This document shows, piece by piece, positions 48,862-64,000 of a stretch of 64,000 bases of DNA. The position numbers and the translations under genes are program-made. The stretch covers positions 1 through 64,000 of the forward strand of contig NIVC01003174.1 in NCBI GenBank assembly GCA_002269645.1, given 5' to 3'. The notes beneath the pieces were generated by a model. The model was not told the origin of the DNA, made no database searches, and saw only the letters and a list, made by a program, of their open reading frames with translations. The number at the start of each line of letters is the position of its first letter. The first letter of the stretch is position 1. Source of the stretch: Macrostomum lignano (Eukaryota).

Positions 48862-51800
48862 TCACTTGGACTGGTAGCACATGATCAGCTTGTTGAAGGC
48901 CACGAAGACCCCTTTGCGCGACTTGCTGCAATTTTTATGAGCGGAGGGGTGGAGAGGCGGATGTTGAGCTCTGTGTCACAGAAATATCGGAGCGCAGCCA
49001 GGGATACTAACCGGGATGCCAGGGATACTAATCGGGATGCCAGGGATACTAATCGGGATGCCAGGGATACTAATCGGGATGCCAGGGATACTAACCGGGA
49101 TTCCAGGATACTAACCGGGATGCCAGGGATACTAACCGGGATGCCAGGGATACTAACCGGGATGCCAGGGATACTAACCGGGATGCCAGGGATACTAACC
49201 GGGATACCAGGGATACTAACCGTGATGCTAGGAAGGCTAACCGGGATGCCAGGGAGGCTAACCGGGATGCCAGGGAGGCTAACTGGGATGCCAGGGAGGC
49301 TAACCGGGATGCCAGGAAGGCTAACCGGGATGCCAGGAAGGCTAACCGGGATGCCAGGAAGGCTAACCGGGATGCCAGTAATGCTAACCGGGATGCCAGA
49401 AAGGCTAACCGGGATGCCAGGGAGTCTAACTGGGATGCCAAGGAGGCTAACCGGGATGCCAGGGAGGCTAACAGAGATGCCAGGTAGGCTAACCAGGGAT
49501 GCCAGGGAGGCTAACCGGGATGCCAGGGAGGCTAACCGGGATGCCAGGTAGGCTAACCGAGATGCCAGGAAGGCTAACAGGGATGTCAGGGAGGCTAACG
49601 GGGATGCCTGGAAGGCTATCCAGGATACTAACCGGGATGCCAGGAAGGCTAAACGGGATGCCAGGTAGGCAAACATCCCTGTTAGCATTCCTGGAATCCT
49701 AGAATCATAGTTTGCTAACAGGGATGCCAGGGTCCTAACGCCTCTTTACCCTGGCTTGCACAGCTGATTAAATAAATTTATGGCACAAACTCGCAAAAGC
49801 AGCGAACGCAAAGCGCCTTTATCAGCCATTTTTTACTCAGGCGGCACAGATTCAATAACTAGTAACTTCACTAACTTGATATTAGTTCGTGCTGCAAATC
49901 TGAGACCCAGCAATCAAAATGGTGTCACACATCTGTGCATTTGGATAAGTACTCGGATAGCTATAGAATATGATGCAGTTAATTGAGACAAGCTCTTAGA
50001 GATATTGTAGTTACCGTATTTGTAGTGTGCACCATCGTCTTGTGCACCATAGCTAAATCCTCATAGTAAATGCAGCTAAATTTGTAACGGTGCAAACTAG
50101 CTATTGCTTTAATTTGACTACTCTGTGAGAATAAGCAAGTTTATGGCTATCTCTGACCAGTCAGTGGCCCACTTTGCCGGATAGTTTGAGGCCTCCTGGA
50201 AGAACAGATGGACACAGTACTTTGGCAAAATGCTAACATGCTGACTTTGGCAAAGTGCGAGCATGGAGTTAAATAAAACCGCTCCTCACCACTGAAAGTA
50301 CCGCCTTCCGTCGTACACCCCATCGTGCTTGCCCTCCTCGTGGTCGAGCTCCACACCGAGGTACACGTCGTTCCTGCCCGGCAGGCGGCCAATATAGTGC
50401 ACGAGGCCCTTGGAGATTCGGCCGCCCTGTCTGGTGAACTTCACCAGATCGCCGGTTCGAATGTCGTTGTGCCGTTTCGGCGCAAACGGATGCCGGCCTA
50501 AGGTGGAGAACGGGCTGACGACGCCACCCTCCGGCTGCTGCGGCTGCTGGCGCCGGGTAGGCGGCGACGGGGGCGTCAGGGGAGGCGACAGCGGAGGCGA
50601 CGGCGGCCGCCTTTCTAGAGCCTTGCCAGTCGACCGGTAGACGGCCAGACTGGAGCTGGAGCGGGCGTGCCTGGAGCCGCCGTGCAGCTGCGACGACTGG
50701 CGCCTCGGCCTGTCGCGGCTTCCAACGGCCGCGGAAGAGGAAAAGTCCTGCGTGTACTTGCTGCGGTAGCCGGCTGAAAGATTTAGTAAAGGCGTTGCTA
50801 TGGTTACCTTGAATACCTTCTCGATGATTTTGTTTTTCGTTAGCTAACTTTATCTCAATACTCTTTTTATGAAAGAAAACATTTTTCCAGTTCCATGAGA
50901 GTTTTTTCTAGGAAAATTCTACCTTTGTTGTCTAGAAACTCTTATCCAGGAATATTGCTACTAGAAATCTTCCCTGTACAGTATTTGGGACATTAGGATT
51001 TTCTTCTGGCATGAAAACAGATTGATAAACAGTATCAAATTCTTCACCTTTGCCAGCGTCGAGGCCTTCAAACTCCCGTTCGACATCGGTGAGTATCGTG
51101 TCCGTCGATTCGCCCGAATCGTCAGCTGGCGCGGCCGCCGCAGTCCCGTTGCCGCCGACCGGATCCGCGGCGCCTGAAAGCGACAACGGCGGAACAATCG
51201 GGTGTCGCTTCTTCAACGTCTGCGCGGAGTCCTGCTTGGCTGGCGACCGGGAGCGCGAGTGCCGGTCCAGGGTGGCCGAGGCTGTCAGTTCGAACGGCTG
51301 CTCGTAGCGCTGATAGCTGCGCGCCTCGAACTGGGGCCGCGGCTGTTGCTGCTGCTGGCGGCTCGCTGATATGGCTAGCGGATTGGAGGGAGAAATAGAA
51401 CAGGCCAATGAGAATTGAGAAATGCAGTCTTCCACAGCTAGAGCAGCCAAAAAGAGACAGACAAAAGAGACGCGGAGGAAGGGGGTGGGACGTCTCCCAT
51501 TATTATATTAGCCAACTAGAGACACGAATGGAGGTGAGCGTCTTCCTTGACCAGAACAGCCTATAAGAGACGCGGAGGGAGGTGGGCGTCTTCCTTGACC
51601 AGAACAGCCAATAAGAGACGCAGAGGGAGGTGGGCGTCTTCCTTGACCGGAGCAACCAATAAGAGAAGCTGAGGGAGGTGGGCGCCTTGACCGCAATAGC
51701 CAATAAGAAACGCGGAGGCAGTAGAGGGACACGCCTAATGACATACTAGGCTTTTATAATGAATTATAAGAAAAAACATTGACAGGATGCTACGAGTAAT

Positions 51801-54800
51801 ACCTAAAATAAGAAATATAGGATTTTGCTAGATAAGAAGGAGAAACAACGAAAGGAAAAATAATATTTGCACTATTGTAACGTAATTAGCGCATTGAAGA
51901 CGCAGCGTTCAACATCAGAATGAAAACAAAAATTAGGGAAAGCGCTGCTGTACCGGACAAAGCGCTTTCTGAAAACGTTTGGATCCGGTCCTTTATTAAA
52001 GGTTACTTTTTTAATTCGTATGTTTACATCGAGAAAGTATCGAATTTACCCTTCAAGTGGTAATCTTAGAATGAATCTGGGTATTAAATGGCTGCGTTTA
52101 TTGTATAGTAAAAGCCAAATATTATTGTATTGGCCAAGTAGCTGGCGACCCGCGCCAGCAACTCACAGCTGACATCGGCTATGGACACGGCTCGAAAGCC
52201 GGAGTCCAGCCCGCGATGTGGCTGGCTCAGTGAAGCTCTGCTGGCTGAGTCTGCAATTATTTATACGGACGTTGCCTGTGGTCCGACGTCTTCTTGTGCT
52301 TCAAGTCCAGTTCTGGCTGCGACCTTTTCTTTCTAGTTTGAGATACTATTTAGAAAATCAAATGAGACAGGGGGTAGAGGGAAACCCCAAGAATAGACAA
52401 TGGGGTAGAGGGGAAACTCCAAAGATAAACAAGAGAGACGGGGAGCCCCAAGAACAGACAAGAGGGGGAACCCCAAGGATAGACGGGGGTAGAGGGGGAA
52501 CTCCAAGGATAGACGGGGGTAGAGGGGGGAACCCCAAGGATAGACGGGGGTAAGAGGGGGAACCCCCAGTATAGACAGGGGTAGAGGGGGAACCCCAAGG
52601 AAAGACATGGGATAGACAAGGATAGAGAAGGGAAAAGTGTGACCCATTAAATGCATAGTAGTACTTACAAAGAAGTAGTACGTACGAAGTTTGTTAATAG
52701 TACAAAAAATCAATTACAAAGAATTTGAAGCAAATTGAAATGCGTAACTGCCGGTTTTTCACTTTAACGAATAATCATCGGCTTGATTAAGAGTGGACAC
52801 TCGATTGACAGGAAATTCTTCCACATGCATGTACGAAGCGGCAATGTTCTCTCACCTCCGAGACTGCCGCCTACGCCATCGTAATACAGCGCGCGATGAT
52901 GGAAGCTGGACAGGGAAGAGTCGGTTCCGTGGGTCCCGGCTTGCAGGCGTCGGTTCTCCTGCATCAGCAGGTTGTTCCTCTCACTGAGGGCGTCCATCTC
53001 GGTGCGCAGGCCGCCGACCTCGTCGCGCAAATATGACATGTCTGGCCGCTCTTTCTGGCGCAGACGCGTCACCTGGATATAGGGAATTTCACCTGTTACT
53101 GAGGATATCGCACCGGATAGAGCCTGGAGGTCTCGAATTCGATTCCTATTGAGGCTTAAGAGTTCGCTTGCTAAATCACATGGCCTCAAGAAAGCATACC
53201 GGTAAATGTTTTGCCCGACCCCACCTCTGGCCTGCCCAAAACCCCGCTTCACCTCTCCCTCGGCCCACCCCACCATCCTGCCTCACCCCAAGGACGACTA
53301 AAGTAATATACAATCTATACTTTAGTAGTCCTTGCCCAACCCCACATCGCCAGCCAATCTCACCCCGCCTCCGGTCTGCCGCACCCCACCATCCTACCCC
53401 ACCCAACGCCGCCAGCCAATCTCACCCCGCCTCCGGTCTGCCGCGCCCCACCATCCTACCCCACCCAACGCCGCCAGCCTATCTCACTCCGCCTCCGCCT
53501 TGCCCCGCTCCCCTGCCCCGCCCCGCCTCCGGGGCCTCCCCCTCGCTGATTGGCCAGCCAGACTGTACCATTTTCCTACTACTCATTCGATGCTAAAATC
53601 CTGTTAAAAAATCTTAAACTGGAGAGTTAAGGCGCAAACTGAGTGCGGCTAACTTAACCCAGCAAATCGAACCCATGGACTTTTTCAGGTGGCAAACCGA
53701 ATGCCTTCAAATACCTCATTGCGCAGCACCCGATTCTCCACCGTCAGCTCTTCGACGGTGGCTCTCAGCCGACTGTCTGAGGCGGGACTCCAGCTGGGCA
53801 GGTTGTTGCTGATCTGCTGTTGCTGCTTCTGTTGCTGCTGCTGCGGAGACTGGCCACCGGCGCTGCTCTGCCTCATCGTTTCGTTGGCTTCGTGCAGGTC
53901 GGCAATCTGCTGTTCCAGATCAACTAGAAAGTGGCATAGTGTAGTTGCAATTCAATTAGAAATTGCTTTCTGAAAAAAGCTACTTTTATTACTTACTAGT
54001 AGGATAGCGAGGTTAAGTCTTTAAAATAAAAAACCGTGTCTTATTTAGTTGGGGGCTTCCAACTGTGCCGTACCCCAGTGAGCCCCTGTGCTCTCAAAGA
54101 TGCTCATCTACGATTGAGTAGCCACTTATGCGACCTTCTAACTGTCAGCTTAGTCGTCGCTGCCATTTTCTTTCTTTACCCAAGCGGTCTCAACTGCACC
54201 GGCCTCAAGCTTCCGCTGAGGAGGCCTCGTGAGTCACAGATGCCTCTGTTATGTCGCTCTCTCTCTCACTTTCTCTCACAGCTTTTTCCTCCTAGCCAGT
54301 CGCAATTGAGTCGGCGGGTTATTGCCAACGATGAGCAAACAGAGCGGCCCACGTCCCCCGTTGACGAGCTCCGCTGAGCAAACTCAACGGGAGACGGGAC
54401 GAGCGGAGCGGCAGGTCAGCGGTTGAGTTGAGCAACTCAGTTTAATGAAATTGAGAGAGTGAGAGAAATATTGAGGCCCGATGGAGAGAGGCTGAGCAGA
54501 CTTAATCGTTAAAAATTTACAGCACACCCAAAGCCTGTGGCAGCCATAAACTGCTGCTGTCAATGAAGCCACTCAGAATTGCAATTTGAAAACCATAAAA
54601 CAGCTTCCTAAACGTCCCTTCCTCCCGCTGGGAATAGGGATCACTATTTAGAAATTTTATTCAGCAAATTGTTGTTCATTGATGATTGACGAGAAGTCTT
54701 CGGAGTCGGCACAGGAGGGAGAATCCTCTAGTAGTAGTAAGAGATTGGCTTGGAATTTCTTTAGGATTTTCTACTCACTGATGCGCCGCTTCAGTGCAGC

Positions 54801-56538
54801 CGGACTGTCGGGGTCGAACTCTGGTAGGCCAGGGTGCTGCTGCTGCGGCTGGGCCGACGGCTGCTGCTTTTGCAATTGAAGCGACTCAACCTGCAATCGA
54901 AGCTGCTGCATCTCAGTTGCCATGGTTTCCTTTTCAAACAGCAGCCGATCCAGGAGTCGCTGCGACTCGTCCGAGTCCAGCCGGGGCCGGTCGGCCGACG
55001 CGCCGTCCGCCGTAGTGCCGTTCGAGTCGCCTCCGGCAGTGGCAGCTGCGGTGGCCCGGCTTAGCGAGGCCTGCAGGCGCCGATTCTCTTCTAGAAGGTC
55101 GTCAACTCGACGCTGGAGTCGCTGCTGGTCAGGTAGCAACTGCTGATGCTGCAGTTCTGGCTGCTTACGCTGAGCAGTGGCTGAGTGAGCAGCTGCATCC
55201 TCTTCAAGTGCTCGCTGAAAATCAAAGTTTGATTGGCGATAAGCGGCACGTGCAGGAGGGCCCGAGTCGGCTAGAGTCATTGCTGGCTAACAGTTTGAGG
55301 GATCTCTGCTGGCTCAGTTGTCCGCTTTCCAGGCTGAATGCGCTTATTTAGCGATCTAGCAGAAACTTCTCTGGTAGCAATAGCGGATAATGCGACTGCG
55401 CAGATTCCATTGGAGTTTCTTTTGATATTTTTAACTTCCTGTTTTTTTAAAGCCTTATAAACGTTTGAAGCTGATTGAGAGTTTTGATGCAACTACACTG
55501 AGTAGTGCGCAAGTCTGAGAGAACAGCAATAGGCCAAGAACTACTCGGGGGTTACATTCGCATTTTTAGATTTACGCTCGTAATATAGAACTTTTTAAAC
55601 TTCAGTTTGAGTCTTTCGAATCTAGTGGATCTTAAAATTTTTTTGGAAGTGATCTTTTGAATTTAATTATTCACACGTTGATCTTATACAACGTAGACAA
55701 TTGAATGGGGCACTAAAGGGGCCAAATGTTAAGTACAGGCAGCACTAGAAGTCACAAATGATTATTTTTATGGTCACCCATAATAGCTAGGGTAACCTTC
55801 AAAGGTAACATCTATGAGCGTAACATCTATAATAATATAATTGATTACACCTGGCCCCAATTGGGCCAGATGTGCAACCGACAGCTCAGCCGCAGCTATT
55901 ACGCGGCGCATCTGAAGGCTGTTCAGTCCATGGACTGGGGGTCGTCCCATACACCCTCAATTACCCAAGCTAATGCTGGCACCAATTTTATAGCTGGGTG
56001 AACTGAAGCAATTTCTCAAGGACACAAGTTGTTACATTGGGATCGGGAATCGAATCCCCGACCTTTATGTCGTGAGTCCGACGCTCTAAGCACTCCCTGC
56101 AATCGCTAGGATACTGTATATCAATTTATGATTTGGAGCATTTAAACTTACAGAAACTGTTCTGATATCAACGCGACTTCCTCCTTTGCTGCTGCTGCCA
56201 CCGTTTTCGCTACCACCCAGAGCTTGTTTTGGCGGATGTGGCGGCGGAGATGGAGACACCGAGGCGCTGCCACCTCGCTGATGGCGTCGATCGCGCTCGA
56301 TTTCAGCGTCTAAATCGAGGAGCAGCTGCTCGGCTCGTGACATACGCGATCTGGGCCTGTCGTCCGGCTTGACTGGCGACGCCGGCCGTCTCTCAGGAGA
56401 CGACAGCGACGAAGACTGCTTAATTGGTGACGCAGGATGTCCCTCGGAGGCGGCTTCGGGAGGGTGATAGCCATTTGAATTGGAGGAGACTGTGACGGCG
56501 GCCGCCACGGTAGATTCTTCTTGCGCTGCGGAACTCAT
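48862..56538 (-). CDS. Coiled-coil protein with C-terminal CAP-Gly domain, 8 coding exons, ~759 aa. Exons 56152-56538, 54779-55286, 53715-53923, 52856-53072, 52167-52250, 51048-51374, 50290-50773, 48862-48925
   Basis: All junctions are GT-AG with matching phases. Heptad-like segments (LQRRVDDLLEENRRLQASL, LRATVEELTVENRVLRNE, LRTEMDALSERNNLLMQENRRL). CAP-Gly segment IRTGDLVKF..KGLVHYIG..VYLGVELD..GKHDGVYDGRRYFQ|CKSRKGVFV. Confidence 0.85.
49000..49690. repeat. 21-bp minisatellite (ACCGGGATGCCAGGGAGGCTA) in the last intron of the CAP-Gly gene
   Basis: Directly visible; source of the MPGRLTG/LASRL pseudo-ORFs. Confidence 0.9.
51500..51725. repeat. ~48-bp minisatellite (CCAATAAGAGACGCGGAGGGAGGTGGGCGTCTTCCTTGACCAGAACAG), intron 5 of the CAP-Gly gene
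   Basis: 4-5 degenerate units. Confidence 0.75.
52370..52620. repeat. ~29-bp G-rich minisatellite (GGGGTAGAGGGGGAACCCCAAGGATAGAC), intron 4 of the CAP-Gly gene
   Basis: Degenerate tandem units. Confidence 0.75.
53330..53530. repeat. ~62-bp C-rich minisatellite, intron 3 of the CAP-Gly gene
   Basis: About 3 units of CCCACCCAACGCCGCCAGCCAATCTCACCCCGCCTCCGGTCTGCCGCACCCCACCATCCTA. Confidence 0.75.
55800..56100 (-). mobile_element. tRNA-derived SINE-like element (CORE-SINE-like), intron 1 of the CAP-Gly gene
   Basis: The minus strand reads AGTGCTTAGAGCGTCGGACTC...GGATTCGATTCCC (A-box/B-box-like head), followed by TTGTGTCCTTGAGAAATTGCTTCAGTTCACCCAGCT, which resembles SINE core segments. The left boundary is approximate. 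Confidence 0.55.
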
Positions 56539-59083
56539 GCTTGTCTTTCGGCTGGCATGTTATGACTCAGTCTGGAAGAAATTGGACAAAAATTCTTTAG
56601 ATGCTCTGTGACTTCTAACACATATTAACGCATACATATATTCATGTCTAAATATCAGATGCATTACAAGCTGTTACAGATCTAGCATGTATCAAGAAAA
56701 GTTGTTATAAAATTTCCAAAATATTAGTTAAGTAGGTATTTTAAAAATATTTTTTACAAATAAACAACAATTTAGCTAAGAGATAAAACATTTTTGGAAC
56801 AAAAAACAGGAATTGATTCCCAAAGCTATAAGGCCATTGTAAAAATACAAAATATAATGCTTTTTTGCGTTATAAGGGATTACATTAAGTATATAAGTGA
56901 TAAATATATAATGAATAGATATTATGAATAATTTCCCTCTAGAGATTTAGCTCCAGACTTATTTAAATTCGATACACTAAATTACATCATAGTGGTGCTC
57001 TACCTTACGTCTGCACTGGTAAAAAAGAACTAAGTCTAATCAAATAGCAACTATACATTGCATGAAAACACCCAACCCAGAGGTTCTATTATATATTTCT
57101 GAAAGGCAAGCTTTCTGGATAAGTATATAATTAATTGCTTATAAAAGAAAATTATTGATTACCAGTTCCGTCTAGTCGTTGCAGTTTGAAGTTCGTGAAT
57201 TTAAAAAATATTCGTGTTAAAAATGTTCGAATGTGAGTTTTGTTTGACCATATAACAATAGTTGAAATACTTTCTTACACTTTATGTTAAAAAAACACCT
57301 TTATTATTCAAAAAATGCATTTTAAACTCTTGTGATGACTATTATATCAAGTTAGTGATTTTTTGTAATTGCAAAATTTGATATAACTTAAAAAAATTGT
57401 ATCTTTTGCTCTTTCAAATCTAAACTTTACACGAAATCATCTGAACCATTTAAAGTTGACGGTGGCATATTTGACTCAATTGAGACTTGATCGGTTCTTG
57501 AGTTCTTCTCTGCTATCATTCTGGTGTGTACTGATGCGCAATAATGTAGTTAACTCTATACTGAGTAATTCGAGATCCTATTCATTTATATCACATTTGA
57601 TTGGCATACTTATTTTTACAATGGCGGCATTCATTACTATCTGTCTGCACTTTACAGTCTGCAATACCAATTTTGCTTGGAAATATCCAAAAGTTCAACT
57701 GCAAATACTAGTAGCATAATGTCTGTTGATTAAGTAGGTATCATAGGCAATATCAAAATTATATTTTAAATAAAGTATACCTGATTGAAATCTGCATATA
57801 TTGCCCTATATTCTTCTATTGCCCTAAGCCTAAACAAAGTTAACTTGTAGCTCACAGTCATAGTAAAACTTTATGAAGATGTAAATTCTTTGGTCTTGTT
57901 TTTTATAGCTGTTATGTTATTGATTATTTGGATTTATAGAAATATTTTACTTAAATATTTTTTAGTTTGTATCTAAAATATTTCCCTATTCTTGACCACT
58001 TAATAGACTAATAGTTAGTATAAACTTAATATTATAAAAAGTCTTTAGGCCTATTCAAATGAAACAAAATTATAGGCCTAATTATCTTATATAACATAAA
58101 TATTAAAGCTTGTTACTTTGTCAGTTTGTTTTTATCATTTTTATTTTGTTAATAAAAACCTAAAAATTAATTTGATTTTAGGTAAGGTTGTTTACTTTGA
58201 TAGTAAGAGGAATAAGAATACAATAATCAACATGTGAAGAAAGCAATTTTTTAGAGATTCTATTATGTATTACCATATATGTGTAATACTTAGCCAAGCT
58301 AGCCATCTAGCCAATTGGTAAGGGGCCCAGTCAAGCCTATGCTAAGGTAAATTGAAAAAATGCTCTCATATAAATATGAATATAATACTAATTAGATGAC
58401 AATTCATTTAGCCTAGGAAATATAGTCAAATCTGCTTTTGCCATTTATCTAAAATTACTTTAATTTTTACTTAGGTTTCTTTTATATAGACATAGGTATA
58501 TTATATTTTTGGTCAAAAAGTAAATTGCATGGCTAGTATAAACTAGGGGGATTGCTCATGCATCTTAATTACAATATATTTTGCACACCTAGCTGCATTA
58601 TTAGATATATTATGATTAAAAGCAAAGAATTTTCATTACTAGTAATAAATTTATATTTTTTGAGCATATATAAGATTTATTTACTCATATATCCTTTTTG
58701 TTTAATAATATTTATTTAAAGCTGATATTTGTCATTGTGATTTTATAGTATAATATAGGCCTTGATACCATAATTACATTACATTAAATAGTAATTGTTT
58801 GTTTTATATATATAATATATCAATACGAAATATTAAAGTATTAGATATTTTTACAACTATAATAAACTAGGGAATAAGCGTTTAGTATACTATAATATGA
58901 TTAACATGATTGTAAAAATTACCTTTGTATTTAACTATGATATTATTGATTTTCTAATTTCCAGACTATTTATAATCAGTTGTAAAGAATAACCTCTATC
59001 AATTCTAACTAGTTTAGTCATCGAGACATCATTGTTGGCTTGTCAACTTCAGTTATTAATTACTGAAGTTACCAACTATCAAG

Positions 59084-64000
<4,917 letters not shown>

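Noticed and set aside
48885-49702. LASRL/PGIPVS/MPGRLTG repeat ORFs
   Set aside because: 21-bp (3n) intronic minisatellite, open in many frames.
56040-56100. A genuine tRNA gene
   Set aside because: No convincing cloverleaf or acceptor stem, and it continues into a SINE-like body.

Overview
Eukaryotic (metazoan) genomic DNA with spliceosomal introns. GC-rich exons and a minisatellite in most introns recall the flatworm Macrostomum; that species guess is inference only. (1) Positions 1-42.8 kb are a tandem array of ~16-17 kb units, each holding a 13-exon, minus-strand class C GPCR of the GABA-B receptor family (~758 aa). Copy A (exons 1-6) runs off the left edge, copy B spans 15257-27201, and copy C spans 32099-~42400 with exon 1 in a 781-N gap. 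I rebuilt all exon phases by hand and they join in frame. Copy B has a 1-bp deletion and copy A exon 6 has several indels. (2) Two introns of this gene are filled by tandem arrays whose unit is the exon/intron junction itself: a 32-mer (~250/69/39 copies) and a 56-mer (~32/19 copies), each unit reading ...CAG|GT. This is the most unusual signal in the window. (3) Positions 42.8-47.6 kb hold degenerate BEL/Pao retrotransposon pieces around an intact Crypton/DUF3504-type tyrosine recombinase ORF, set in a nest of inverted repeats with a recurring ATGTCTATG motif. (4) Positions 48.9-56.5 kb hold an 8-exon minus-strand gene for a coiled-coil protein with a C-terminal CAP-Gly domain. (5) Positions 59.1-64 kb hold the first 7 exons of RTEL1, including an apparent GC-AG intron. 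Most long ORFs in the supplied track are artefacts of minisatellites. No rRNA, tRNA or CRISPR array was found.
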